64,000 bases of DNA from contig OZ024745.1 of NCBI GenBank assembly GCA_964016885.1, positions 15,810,001 to 15,874,000 of the forward strand. Reading direction: 5' to 3'. Shown here piece by piece: positions 48,887-62,860 of the stretch; position 1 is the first letter of the stretch; each line of letters starts with the position of its first letter. The notes under the pieces are model-generated. The model saw nothing but the letters and a program-made list of their open reading frames with translations. It did not search any database and had not been told where the DNA came from. This DNA comes from Eledone cirrhosa. Taxonomy: Eukaryota. The position numbers and the translations under genes are program-made.

Positions 48887-51800
48887 ATGACCCTCCCAAA
48901 GTATAACAATATCGGTTTCAACACACGATTTCAGATAAAGAATCTTGCTAAACAAATTCAGAAACGAAATATCGTAAGCCTTAGCCAGGCTAACAAGATA
49001 CTGAAAACCACCATGTTCTGTTGTCTACGAAAAACCATAACATCTCGACAACTACGCTTCATAAAACTGTGCACCACTTCTAGAATCTACACCAACACCA
49101 TCAATACCGACGTTAGAAGATTACAACTCACCAAAAAACAAGCAGATAGGCTAAAACGAACTTTAATTCTAAACATAAAAAAGAAGATCTATAGAGAATT
49201 AAGTCATCAAGAAAAACTAAAGCGTAACCTAATACAAGAAATATTTAAAATCACCACACCAGCAGAAAAACTAACATTTATAAGCCTTATACGCCCCGAA
49301 GAACAGTACATTACTCAAGAATGTAATAAGCACTTTAACAGAAAATTAAAGTGGCTTAAACAGGCAAAGCTAAATCGGGATACTATAGAGTATACCAATA
49401 GATATCCTGACAAAATTGACGGTATCAACATGGCCGACACCTCATTATCTGAAGAGTTCAACAATGAAAATACCAACATTTATGGAAACACGGAAATAGA
49501 TAATAATGAAATGTCTGTGTTACGTCTGCCACCCAAATTTGCAACATTCAAGAAGGTAAATATGATTAGTTGTCTGTCAGAAATAGAAAAATCATTTACG
49601 AAACTACGCTAGAGCATCAAAAACAAAAACAAAAGCAACAATATACGCACACACATATACAACACACATCCCAACAACAACAGACACACAGACACAAACA
49701 ACAATAACAACAACAATAGCAACATACCCAGATACAACAACAACAATAGCAACATACCCAGATACAACAGACACGCAGACACAAACAACAATAACAACAC
49801 ACACGGAGACAACAATAACAACAACACACACATCAACAACAACAACAATAGCAACATACCCAGATACAACAACAACAGACACGCAAACACAAACAACAAT
49901 AACAACACACACAACAACGATAACACACACACACACGGAGACAACAACAACACACATCAACAACAACACACATCAACAACAACAACACACACGCATTCAA
50001 TGCCTCTCACCACCACCACAATCTTAACAAACACACAAACACAGAAAACAAGTAATGACAATGACAGTAGCACAGAAATCAGAGAAATAAGAGAAAGTAA
50101 TAGTAATAGGATTAAAAGGAAAAGGAGATGGGAGACTAAGGACAAAGAGAATAACCAAGACGAACACACAGACACACAAAATAGGGTAGATAACAACATT
50201 GAGCCAGTGGAAAGAGACAGGAGTAATTATGAGAGACATAGAAACAACCATGAAGCTGAGGCTGCTGCTGTTGGTGGAAATAGAAACAACACAACCAACA
50301 ATAACAATAGCACTAGTACACATAAAGCAGCAGCCTGGAACTCTCCGTTTTATAACCCCTCCGATAAATCATTCGACCTACGACGAGTCCACGCCACGAC
50401 TTTGCCATTTAACAAACGCACGCAGTTGCCGTCGCAGGTCGATGAACAAACAGAAGCACAATTTAGTATAGCTAAATCCGAACTTAGAAATATTATAGAA
50501 CAGTATAGCAAGAAGCATAATAGAATAGAGGCCCAGCAACTGGGAGAAGAATCTGCAAATGGCTTGCGTAAGCTCATGCAGCGCTCGCGTAATGGAGAGA
50601 TAGCATGCTTTCCAACAGACAAGTCTGGCAGAATGTCGGTTGACAGCCTGCCAAACTACATCCAGGCAATGCAACCCCACATCACTAACACAAGAGAGGT
50701 AACACCACAGGAGCATGAGGATAGAGAAAAAACCCTCAATGCCCATATGGTGATGTGGACAAATATAATGCAGCCCAACAAAAGGACTGCCAACAACTTC
50801 CAGGCCTGGAACAATTACGTGCCGGCGTTGTATGGGCTTCGAAAAGACCATAAAACGGGCTGGGACCCTGTCGCGGGACCACCAACACGGCCAGTCTGTG
50901 GGGCTAACATTGCTAGTAACTACAGACTGTCCTACTTCCTCTCCCTGATCATACGCCCCATCATTGAGATGTCCCCAGATGTGTGCGACAGCACGGAGGA
51001 CCTCCTCAGCAGAATCGGCGCGGGTAACCGATCTGGGGACCTAACAAACTGCATAATAGGCAGTATGGATGTTGTGTCCCTGTATCCATCTATTGACGTG
51101 GATTTTGCTGTGGAGAAATGCGTCGAAATGATCAGCGAGAGCAAGGTTGAGTTCCGTGGGATTGATACCAGTGAGCTGGGACTTCTACTTAAGCTTACCC
51201 ATAATAATAGTTACCTAGACACTTATGACCTTAGCAACCTGTGCCCTACAAGACCAGCAAGAGGCAGACCACCTACCATTACCTCAATGGCCAAGAAAAC
51301 CCACACAGATAGATGGAACGGGTGGACCAGAGCCATACGGACACCCGAAAACCACGATGAACTGAAGAAAATGATTGCACATGCGGTAGGGGCCAGCATA
51401 AAATTAACCCTTAAGGAACATATGTTCAAATTTAATGGTAAAACATATGCCCAAGAGGAAGGAGCAGCCATTGGTGTTAGCATTGCAGGCGACATAGCTA
51501 ACTTATTCATGGTATGGTGGGACAGTAGACTTAAACAAAAACTTAATGAACAATTAGAAGACAGCTTAACCCTGATAATGTACTCCCGCTACGTAGATGA
51601 TATAAACATCGTAGTTAAGACACCCCCACTAAAGAACAGTCAGGAACTAGAGAAAAACACAATGGAAAGCATCCAGCAAATAGCAAACTCCATCCACCAG
51701 AGCATTAGAGTTACTATAGACTACCCAAGTAGACACCCCAACCATCGATTACCTGTACTAGAGACAGAGCTCTGGTTAGATACAATTAACAACCAAAAAC

Positions 51801-52717
51801 AAATCCTCCATTCCCATTATGCCAAACCCATGACTTCCAAACATCTGATCCACCGAAACTCGGCCATTTCGGACCATACCAAAATCAACATACTGATTGC
51901 GGATTTGGTACGGGTGATGAGAAATGTGTCCCGCATGTGCAACCCCGAAGAACTAGAGAGACACATACAACACTTCATCCACCGTATGCAGTTCTCTGGC
52001 TACAATCAGAGAGATAGAATCAGAGTGTATAAAGGAGCCAGAACCAAATGGGAAAAAATGGTAAATAATGACATAAATGGGACCTGCCCTTGTATAGGAG
52101 CAAATTTTGGAATAGAATAGAAAGAACTAAGAACAAGGCCAATAGAATAAACTCATGGTATGATAGCAATAAATACCAGAGTGTAATGTTCATCAATACA
52201 ACCCCTAGAGGCGAACTAGCCTACAAATTTAGAAGGGCCCTAAAGAAACATAATCTCAATATTAAGATAGTAGAAAGACCTGGTACCTCCGTAAAAACAC
52301 TTATTAGCAAGACACCCGTTCCAAAGACCCTCATGTATAGATAAGAAATGTATAACCTGTAAAATAAGCCCCCATATTAACTGTAAAACTAGAAATGTAG
52401 TATATAGCATAAGATGTACTGAAGGACAATGTAGAAACAAAAATATAGTGTACATAGGTGAGACAGCTCGTAGTATAGGGGAACGAATAAATGAACACTG
52501 GCGAGACCTCCAAGATAATAAAGAATCATCTGTGCTCTACCAACATGCTAAGATAGAACACAGGGGTAAATTAGAGAGCATAGAAATAAAAATAGAATCC
52601 ACACACAAGAAAGACGCAATGTTTAGGCAAATTACAGAGGCAGTAAGCATAAAAGAATTAAAACCAAAATTAAATAGAAAATATGAGTGGAACAGCAACA
52701 TCACAACTTACAATTAA
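48887..52717 (+). pseudogene. Penelope-like RT + GIY-YIG ORF: one stop (49610), two frameshifts (~52090, ~52315)
   Basis: LPPKF, TDKSG, LRKDHK, RPVCG, SMDVVSLYPSI, QEEGAAIG, RYVDD; Cys-rich linker; VVYSIRC...YIGETARS..ERINEH. Confidence 0.92.
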
Positions 52718-53020
52718 GGACAAAATGAAAACACACACACATAGAACAAACAACTTACAATTGAAAACACACACAAAATGAAAACACACACAAGACAAAA
52801 TGAAAACACACACACACATAGAACAAACAACCAACCAACAATAAATAAATAAATAAACAAACAAATAGAAAAATATAAATAGAAAAATAGAAAAATGAAC
52901 ACAAACACACACAGACACCCGGATGTGGCGCATGCGCAAACTGAGCACGCAACCCACACACAAACAAAATGGCGTAGGATAGAAGAAAAGAAAGGCACAG
53001 AAACGAAGAAAGAAATCCCC

Positions 53021-53065
53021 AGTCACTGAAGAGGTCACAGAGTGTGTGACGAAAGAACTATGACT
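53021..53065 (+). ncRNA. Minimal hammerhead motif, 3' pseudo-LTR
   Basis: Identical to 48709-48753. Confidence 0.72.
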
Positions 53066-53216
53066 ATATATATATAAACAACTATCTGGTTGTGGAACCA
53101 ACCAACCAACCAGAAATTTATAAATTTGTAAATTTATAAATATATAATAAATTAAATTGAAGTGAAAGCAACTGGTGCGTGTGTTTCTTATTGGCAACAT
53201 GACCCTCCCAAAGTAT

Positions 53217-53270
<54 letters not shown>

Positions 53271-53540
53271 ATATATATATGTATATATAGTAATAATAAT
53301 AAATTTGAAGACTAAAATCCAAAGAGGGCTCGATAAGGATAAATATATATCAAATATATAAGAACCGTAGAGCAAATATTTATTAAAATTACAGATTAAA
53401 GTTTAAGCAAAGAATCGCTGCTTTCACCCTTAACGGGATCTTCTGAAACTAACAAAGTCAATCTGTAAACGCAGAAGTGAATATTTCAAAAAACGTTGCA
53501 ACCGGAGGAAGACAGGAAGACGATACTTTGGTTCGTGGAA

Positions 53541-53812
53541 ACGTTCCCTAGCAAAGAACGGGAAAAAACGAATATAATATGTCATTATTTGGAGCGGTGA
53601 AAAACAATTACACGCAAAGACAGAACCACGTTTATGGTATAAAAGAAGTCGTAGAGTAATATTCTCTTAGGTGGTTCATACAGACGTTCTCTGGCAATGA
53701 ACGGAAAAAACGAAGATAATACGTCATATGTAGAGCGTGGAGAACAATTGCACGCAAAGACAAAACCACGTAAATGGTATAACTGAAGTCGTAGACTAAA
53801 ATTCTAACTAGG
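53541..53812. repeat. Diverged two-copy repeat, about 143-bp period
   Basis: ACGTTC...CACGCAAAGACA.AACCACGT..ATGGTATAA..GAAGTCGTAGA occurs twice. Confidence 0.75.
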
Positions 53813-53984
53813 AAACCGAATGATTCTCCGCTTCAGAGTAAAGAATAAAGTAAATAAAATAAATAAAATAAATAAAATAAATAAAATAAATAAAATACGT
53901 TTGTATATATGTATGTATGTATTTATGTATGTATGTGAGTATGTATGTATGTATCTATGTATGTATGTGAGTGAGTGTATAGGA

Positions 53985-54056
<72 letters not shown>

Positions 54057-54219
54057 AGATAGATAAATATACACGGGTGTGTATGATTGTGTATAGAAGA
54101 TTATATTAATAAAAGGAATTCCAACTTTGTCTGATTTACTCGTTTTATTTACAATCCTTTAAAATGTATAATGGTATTAGAATGAAATAGTATGGTAGAA
54201 TATTAAATGTTAAGTGTTT

Positions 54220-54263
54220 ATTGAACAAGTACTTTCATGCTTTCGCAATCTTCAGGTTCATAA
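54220..54263 (-). ncRNA. Minimal hammerhead-like motif
   Basis: Minus strand: TGAAC-CTGAAGAt-TGC gaaa GCAt-GAAA-GTACTT-GTTCA. Confidence 0.55.
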
Positions 54264-54295
54264 TGTGTGGTGTCAAGTTTGCAATTTTCAACAGT

Positions 54296-54332
<37 letters not shown>

Positions 54333-54801
54333 TGACTTGAACACGCAACAGAGCGAATGAACGAGCGAAAGAACCGAGAAACAAACGAACCGGCGAATGA
54401 AAAACTACGACACTACAAGAAACCTGTGAAAATATCACAAATTATTAACATCAGATGTTTATAAGTGTCACGTGCAGAGAAGCCACGTTTTTCTTTCTTG
54501 GAATGTTTTATATAAGTTCAATGGAGAATTGAGCTTCTGCTTGATTGTAAATTGTATGTAGAAAAGTCATTTTATTCCATCGTATTTCTAAGGTAACCTT
54601 TTAAAATAGGCATTTGGTAAACTTCAACAAAGAAATCACAGGATTCACAAGAAATGTAATTATTGCTTAGTTTACATATAAATCCTTTCTTTCCGCAGAC
54701 AATTCCTTACCTTTTAAGATAAACACATTTCTTTCTCTTCATGAAAAGATGTTGGGATTCTGGAAAAGAAAGAAAATAAAGCCACATAACTACGATATGT
54801 G

Positions 54802-54858
<57 letters not shown>

Positions 54859-55622
54859 ATGGGAGTGTATGTTTGTGAATGCGTGTGTGGATGGATGATT
54901 GTATTATGTATGTATGTATGTATTAATGTATGTATGTATGATTTTATGTATGAGTGCGTGCATGTGTGCGTGTATGTGAGCGAGTTTGTGTGTGGGGGTG
55001 TATGTATATACGTATGTATGATTTATCTATGTATGTATGTATCTACGTTTGTATATATGTATGTATGTATGTGAGTGAGTGTATAGGAGTGTGTATATAT
55101 GGATATATGTATATATGTATATATGTATGTATGCATGCATGTGTATATGCACGTATGTATACAAAGATGTATAGTTATGTGTAGAATCGATGATTGATGT
55201 TTGCAGAAAACTCAACAGCGTAGCAGATTGAGAAGAAAATAATGTGTTACCACAGAGATATATAGTAATTAGCTATGGAACTAACACAGCGTGATTCAGA
55301 AGAAAGACGTATGTGAATCCGTATAAATAAACATACACATCACTGTAAATATAATTCACCATCACCTGACACACCGATGTATCATAGTATGAAAAACCTT
55401 AAAGTCTTATAGACTTTGAAAACGAACTATTCTTATTGGAAAAATCTCTTCTTATCGACATATAGTGCAGGTATAACAGGGTAGTATTAAATAGCGATAG
55501 CACTAACACAACCTCATTCATAATAAGGCGTATATAGACCCATATATACAATGTATGTATAATAAACTCTTACCTCATTCTGAGTATTTTAAACCTCGCT
55601 ATCAATGCAAGAGTTGTATCTA

Positions 55623-55658
55623 TCTTCTGATGAAAGACGAGCGTCCGAAACGTTAAGA
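55623..55658 (+). ncRNA. Minimal hammerhead-like motif
   Basis: TCTT-CTGATGA-aaGACG ag CGTCc-GAAA-CGTT-AAGA. Confidence 0.6.
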
Positions 55659-55814
55659 CTCCTTTCCCACCATACCAAGCGATAAACTAATATATAGCTT
55701 CATTGCCCTGTGTCACTGTGTACGTGTATTTCAGAAATATTATACATAATCATCAATCATTTACTTCTGACGAGATACCCAAGTATGAAAGTCTGTAAAG
55801 TCTCAAGATTATAC

Positions 55815-56722
55815 ATGAAAGTGTTGCTTACCATATATGGAGGTGCTGCTTACCATATATGGAGCTGTTGTTTACCATATATGGAGGTGCTGCTTACCAT
55901 ATATGGAGCTGTTGTTTACCATATATGGAGGTGTTGTTTACTATATATGGAGGTGTTGTTTACTAAATATGGAGGTGTTGTTTACTATATATGGAGGTGT
56001 TGTTTACTATATATGGAGGTGTTGTTTACCATATATGGAGGTGTTGTTTACTATATATGGAGGTGTTGTTTACTATATATGGAGGTGTTGTTTACCATAT
56101 ATGGAGGTGTTGTTTACTATATATGGAGGTGTTGTTTACTATATATGGAGGTGTTGTTTACCATATATGGAGGTGTTGTTTACTATATATGGAGGTGTTG
56201 TTTACTATATATGGAGGTGTTGTTTACCATATATGGAGGTGTTGTTTACTATATATGGAGGTGTTGTTTACTATATATGGAGGTGTTGTTTACCATATAT
56301 GGAGGTGTTGTTTACTATATATGGAGGTGTTGTTTACTATATATGGAGGTGTTGTTTACCATATATGGAGGTGTTGTTTACTATATATGGAGGTGTTGTT
56401 TACCATATATGGAGGTGTTGTTTACTATATATGGAGGCGTTGTTTACTATATATGGAGGTGTTGTTTACCATATATGGAGGTGTTGTTTACTATATATGG
56501 AGGTGTTGTTTACTATATATGGAAGTGTTGTTTACCATATATGGAGGTGTTGTTTACTATATATGGAAGTACCATTTACCTCATATGGAAGTGTTTTTTT
56601 TTACCAAATATAGATGTGATGTCTACTATAAAAGAAGTATTGCTTAACATATATGGGTTTGTTGTTTACCATATATGGGTATGTTGTTTAATATATATGG
56701 GTATATTGTTTACCATATATGG
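55815..56722. repeat. 22-bp minisatellite ATATATGGAGGTGTTGTTTAC(C/T)
   Basis: About 40 units, degenerate at both edges. Confidence 0.96.
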
Positions 56723-57728
56723 ACATATTGGTTGTCGGACATTAGAAGTCTTGATTGGTGCTTACTTTGCTACATCTTACAATTTATCACACACACACTA
56801 GCACACACACACGCACACACATACACATTTGTGTGTGTGTATGTTTGAGAGGTGTGTGTGATATAGGTGCATGTCTCTGTGTGATGCATCAGACACCTTT
56901 CTAACATATGTTTCTATACTTTCAATTAAAGGAGCAAGATTGTAAAATATGCCCAATAAATATAAAATATACTCAATAAATATAGAATATATGCAATAAA
57001 TACAAAATAAAAGCCACATTTCTGAGTGATTTATATGTATTACTCACATTACGTCGTGTTTTTACAAAGTAGCAACCATTTTTAGTTGACGGCGATATTG
57101 TTTTGTCTACGATTGAAATAATTTCCTGAAAACGGAACAATTTCCATCAGAAAGTTAAGTCTGACACAATCACATGAATAACCTTCTGATAACACGCGAT
57201 CACCGTCCAGAAGTTCAGGCAAATAGATTTACGAGTTGTTAGAGATAAAAACTAACGATGATTTAACGTTGAAGAGCAACATAACGTATTTCCTGAAACA
57301 GTCACAAAATACAGTAAGAACGCATTTCATGCTTTAGTTTTATAATGACAGTTTATTGACACGTTGACAAGCGACAGATATTTTTATAGTTATTTCTGAT
57401 AATTTCAGATATATCGACCGAAGCATACGTGTTTATTTGGGTCGTCTATGTGTAAATATCTGCATTTTTGTTGCATGTTTACATACAAACATACATTCAT
57501 GTATTCATACATTCATACATACATACATACATGCATGTATTCATACATTCATACACACACACATACATGCATGTATGTATGTGTGTGTGTGTAGGTATGG
57601 ACGTTATTGAATATATGGATCTGCCTGTATATGATCTGCGTGTATATGATTTTCTGTTTATATATGTGTATATGCATATATAGGCAGATCATATATAAGC
57701 AGATCCACATATACAATAACGTTCATAC

Positions 57729-57817
<89 letters not shown>

Positions 57818-58125
57818 CCTATTTACCTAGTTGATGTCTAAATTCCCATGAAACAGTCTTGTGTCTATGTTAGAAACCGGCTCTCTATTGGTGAACATTT
57901 ATTGCATCATAAAACCAGAAAAACATACATACGTACATACATTCATATATACATACATTCATACATGCATGCATACACACATGCACGCACACACATACAT
58001 ACATACACACACATACATAAACAGATAAATAAATAAACAACGAAGTATCACAGCTGGAAGGAATGTTTGAGGATTCTGCCCTTCGTCCCTCTTAGAAATA
58101 AGTGGGTGAAGAAGATATATATATA

Positions 58126-58207
58126 CGAGGGTCGAGTGAAATATTCATTGGCTGACCAAAATACTCCCATGGAATGATCAAATGGGACTTATTTTTCAAC
58201 ATAATCC
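58126..58207. mobile_element. Solo mariner terminus
   Basis: TA|CGAGGGTCG start and TATTTTTCAACATAATCC motif resembling an inverted GDYVEK* end. Confidence 0.5.
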
Positions 58208-58811
58208 TTGGAAATAAACAGTGCAGTTATTAATAAGAAAAGTTGAAATAATTGCATGGAAGATTTCAGAGCCCTAGCACCATTCCTTTGTAGTCAGCTT
58301 TTGGACTTTATAGCCGCGCCTCGTAACTTTATGACTAGGGTTGGCTAGTCGTAGTTTTTGAGGCAGTTGTCCATAAACGTTCTGTTTCTCACTAATATTT
58401 AATGAAATGTTTACAAACCACGGAGGGAGCTGACCTGTATAACAAAGCATAGTTTATGTTTTTCTATCCCATCTCCTCCACAAAAAACTTATATCAGGCC
58501 AGCTTCTTGTATATACTGCACTTGCTGAAAGTTTTAAAGGAAATTTGCCAGCAACATCCCTTGAGTTGGAATGTATCAATATATTATTCAACACCAGAAA
58601 TAATTTACAGCTCTCCTAGGGCAGAATGTCTTATACGTAGATGTGGTTGCACATTGCTTTAGCCACAACGTTACGCTGTATAGTAATATAACAGCTATAT
58701 TTTAGGAGCAGTTGTTGATATTACTTGTATATCTTTCATTTAAATATAACAGAATGCTCTGCTTCGACCACATCATGGCGGTTTAAGAGCTTCAATGTTT
58801 ATCATGTTCCA

Positions 58812-59108
58812 TCAGTATTGAGAACTTACATCTTGCTCTTGGATTGCAGGAGTTCAAACTTTGAAGTCTGTCGTGATGTAACAGCCACCAGACTAAAGTG
58901 TTCCGGTATTGAGTACTTACTTCTTTTTCTTGGACTGCAGGAGTTCAAACTTTTGAAGTCTGATGTGATATAACAGCCATGAGTCTACGAGGTGCTGGTA
59001 TTCAGTACTTACTTCTTGCTCTTGGACTACAGGAGTACAAACCTTTCAAGTCTGATGTGATATAACAGCCACGAGTCCAAGAGTTGTTGGTGTTTAGTAC
59101 CTACCTCT
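58812..59108. repeat. About 92-bp tandem repeat, 3+ copies
   Basis: AGTACTTAC..CTTGGACTGCAGGAGTTCAAAC..AAGTCTGATGTGATATAACAGCCA recurs. Confidence 0.85.
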
Positions 59109-59580
59109 TTTTTTTTGGCATACTGAATATTAACACTCAGTAAGTAGTGATTCTTATCACTTTTGAGCCGTTGTTGGCTGTTATATTTGTAAGGCGCTGC
59201 TGTTTTTAAGGAAATACTATTTGAAGATACACCATACGGTACTAAAAGAAAGCCTGGATTGATCACACACCCTTTCACTGATGTCTTCTTAGAAAGAAAC
59301 ACTCAATGTGATTTTCTGCGGAAGCTCTCAATCGATGATAGGATCTTGTGGGTTTTAATATCCATGAAGGTATATCCTCTCTAGACAGGTCAAGTTTGTT
59401 AAGTATATATTTATGTATCTATGTTCTCACTTTCTCTTAATTTTGAATTTATTTTTGACCGGCCACCTTCCTGGTGGCAAGGTTGCAAAGAAAAGAATAT
59501 TCTCATGTATGTATGTATGTATGTATGTATGTATGTATGTATGTATGTATGTATGTATGTATGTATGTATGTATGTATGT

Positions 59581-60186
59581 CAGGTCACCAGTTGGTTCTA
59601 CTGGTAACATGTATCCCAGTACAACCTGTCTCATGGTCGGGTCGTTGGCGACTAAACTGGCAACCTCACCAAGGTTTCTTGGTGAGGAGGGTGACTTTGG
59701 ACATCCTGCAGGACTAAAAACAAAACCTGTCAAAGGGCAAAGGAGCTCTTAAGAGTCAATGGCCATCCAAAATCACCGGGAGAGAGGACCCCTTAGCCTT
59801 TGTCAAGGCAGAATTCTAGGAGAAAGAAAACTCTGATATAACGCCTGCAACTCTGATGGTATCCAATGATGTTGACTTGTTCTTCTTTTTGGTAAATATC
59901 ATCTTGGTTAAGAGAGTGGGACTGGCTTTGTGCAGTGCCTTTGCTCACTATAAAAGCTTCACGGCACAGGCATTGCTTTATATCTGGAGATCTCTCTGCA
60001 CTTGTCGTCACATGGTACCATGGGCCCAGCACTATGTGTCAATAATTGTCACAAGTGCAGTGTTTGTACCAGAGTTTTCAAGTCGCTGGCTGGACTAAAA
60101 AGTCACACTCGTTCAGCGTATCGGTAGGGGTTCTCCTACATGGATATAAAGTAGTGGCCGTACTCGAAAACGAGTTGGCAGCCACC
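59581..60186. mobile_element. About 600-bp unclassified element embedded in (ATGT)n
   Basis: Long pure (ATGT)n on both sides (59505-59580 and 60187-60250) with sharp borders. Confidence 0.5.
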
Positions 60187-61082
60187 ATGTATGTATGTAT
60201 GTATGTATGTATGTATGTATGTATGTATGTATGTATGTACGTATGTATGTGTGGATATATGTATGTTTGTATATGTGTGTATGATGTATATGTGTGTATA
60301 CATATTATTGCATATGTACTCTGTATGTTTTAACTTATGTATATGTATATATGCATATTTTTGTATGACTATAACTGTGTATAGATATCTGAACCACAGG
60401 CTACACATCTGGAAGATTTTATATATATTTCCCAGCTCCATTAATAGCTCATAATTCTAATTTTTAAATTAGCCACATCCTTCCTGGTTTTGTGAAGCCC
60501 AACCTCTCAAAATTTGTGCTGAGGCAGTTATATAGGGAAATATTTTCATTTTTAGGACTATCCTTTCGATAGATTTCATTGTACAGTAAAAGGCACTACA
60601 TCTTGTTCCATAGGTAGATAGTTTTCGTGATGAAACTTTCGTACAACTACTTATAATTGTTTCTACTTTTGGCACAAGGCCAGCAATTATCCCTGTGTAT
60701 TACTGTGTATTACAAATATAAAATAACGAATGTTGTTCCAAGTCAGACTACTTTGGTTGTCAATGTTATTATTATTGAAATTTTCTGTCAATTTTCAACA
60801 CGTATGGTCGTCTGCTGATAAGCGGAAAGTTTTCATCTGATGTTCTGTTGTGGCAGAGCCGTGTAGTTTGTGTATGTTTTGTTATCAGTTAGAGAATACT
60901 TTCCCATGAGCTCCCTTTTAAGTTGATGTATGGTCCCGTAACTCCATATTGACACGGCGTTTCTAGGGCACTTTTAAACCTGGCTGAGCCTATCTCCTCT
61001 CCAGGTTTGAATACAGCAGATCTCTTCCAGAGAAGGACAGAGAGAGTGAGAGAAAGGAAGTGAGAAAGAGATATAGAAAGAG

Positions 61083-61241
61083 AATCGACTCCAGTACTAG
61101 ACTGGTACTTTTCTTATCGACCTCAAATGGATGAAAAGCAAAGTTGACCTTGCCGGGATTTGAACTCAGAAAGCAGAGAGCCGAAATAAGTGCAGCAAAG
61201 TATTCTATCCGACGTTCTAACGACTCTACCAATTTGCCGCC
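61083..61241 (-). mobile_element. Older Meta-domain SINE
   Basis: CTGGTACTT..TATCGACC...GGATGAAAAGCAAAGTTGACC..GGATTTGAACTCAG. Confidence 0.75.
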
Positions 61242-62501
61242 TATCCTTTTTAATTTACAACCTGTTGTCTGTCTCTGTATGCAGACTTGATCCTTAGACG
61301 AACTTTGATACTCTGTGGTGAGTATGTATTGTGGTGGAGATTAAATGCAACATTAAATGGTTGTTTAACCCATCTTAAGCCTCTGTCTTCTTGTTTTTGT
61401 TCTAGACAGAGGCAGTCAATGGTGGGTAATATTTTTTGTGGTTTTAAAACCAATTTGCCAGGATCTTATCGACTGTTCAATAGAGTAGCTCAAATGTTGA
61501 CATGAATATTGCTGCAACAAACCCATAGTAGGTTACTAATTTATTGTATGTAGAGAGTTCTGGGGCCAATACATTTTCAATACGAGCGTTATATCCCCTG
61601 CTTACTAGTTCCTTGTTCTAAGTGCCAACATAGGAAATATTTTCGCTCATCTATAGTTACCTGTAGCATTCCTCATTAGAAATCGGAAAAATAGTAAACC
61701 CATCAACAGAGAGGTTGCAAGACTGACTTGTAGATTTTATTCATTTTACAATCTCGTACTAATATACCCTCTGGCCAAATTCCATGACTATCTTCTGTGA
61801 GAATTATAAGAAAACCATTTCCCATACATTTCACAGGAATAAGCTTTTATCACCGATGTGTATACTTTTGTTTCTAGTGAAATAATAGAGACAAAGGATT
61901 TCCCACACATTTCAAAGTGGAACGGTTCTTCTCTCGTCTGTATGTCTTAGTATGTAAAGAGTTAAGGACAACAGGTCATGGCTTATCCTCATATCAGTCA
62001 TATTTTAGGCATATGCCCTCGGGTCTTTCACAAAGCAGCTATGTGTCGAATTTCCGCAACAAAAGAAAGGGTTGCACTACAAGTATAAACAATATTACAA
62101 AGAAATCGTCTCCTTAAAATCTAGCCGCGCGATAAATTTATCTTATCAGAGACAACAGAACCACTTACTATATTTAACTTCATGATAGTGGCCTAAGTAG
62201 AAGGCTGTGTATAGCTTGAATGGGGGGGGGGGGGGGGGGGCTATATAGAACACACACACACACACACACACATACATATACATATATATATATAATATAT
62301 TCATCTCTCTCTATATATATATATAGAGAGAGAGAGGGAATGAGAGAGTGTATATAGATAGAAGGCATGATATAGACACATGTGTGAGACTCAACAACGA
62401 GAGTGTGAAAGTGTGTACAAAGGCGAAAAGATATAGATAGATATGCGTCTAAGGAGAACATGTATACAGTCGTATAGATATGCACATGTATATATATATA
62501 C

Positions 62502-62637
<136 letters not shown>

Positions 62638-62699
62638 GAAAGGTATAGAAAGTATTGTAGCAAGAAGCCAACAGTATTCCATAATATATATATTCTTTC

Positions 62700-62811
62700 T
62701 AAGGCGGGTAAAATTCCCGAGATCCATGGACGAGTTATCTCCAGCGGTCTCTGTCGCTCATTATTGCTGCCATGTCCTGCGTCTCCAACAGACCAGTGTC
62801 TGTCCTTAGGG

Positions 62812-62815
<4 letters not shown>
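62700..62815 (-). mobile_element. Short 3' LINE fragment (RTE-like)
   Basis: [24 protein letters not shown]. Confidence 0.5.

Positions 62816-62859
<44 letters not shown>

Positions 62860-62860
<1 letters not shown>

Larger units (their letters stand above)
47781..53223 (+). mobile_element. Near full-length Penelope-like element (Neptune-like) with partial tandem pseudo-LTRs
   Basis: 47858-48911 duplicates 52156-53223; RT + GIY-YIG ORF between; hammerhead in each pseudo-LTR; 3' end abuts (TA)n. Confidence 0.92.

Noticed and set aside
48863-48934. Possible intron at the start of the Penelope ORF (GTGCGT...TTTCAG)
   Set aside because: The related copy near 63350-63445 has a donor-like GTGAGT but TTTCAT in place of the acceptor, and it conserves the MTLP.YNNI peptide, favouring the ATG at 48887.
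55710-56801. Three overlapping repetitive ORFs; superficially CRISPR-like regularity
   Set aside because: Stop-free 22-bp minisatellite with no spacers or cas genes, in a eukaryotic context.
60470-62120. Possible ancient CR1-like LINE on minus
   Set aside because: Only weak motif traces (SFITKTIYLWN); boundaries and identity cannot be supported without alignment.
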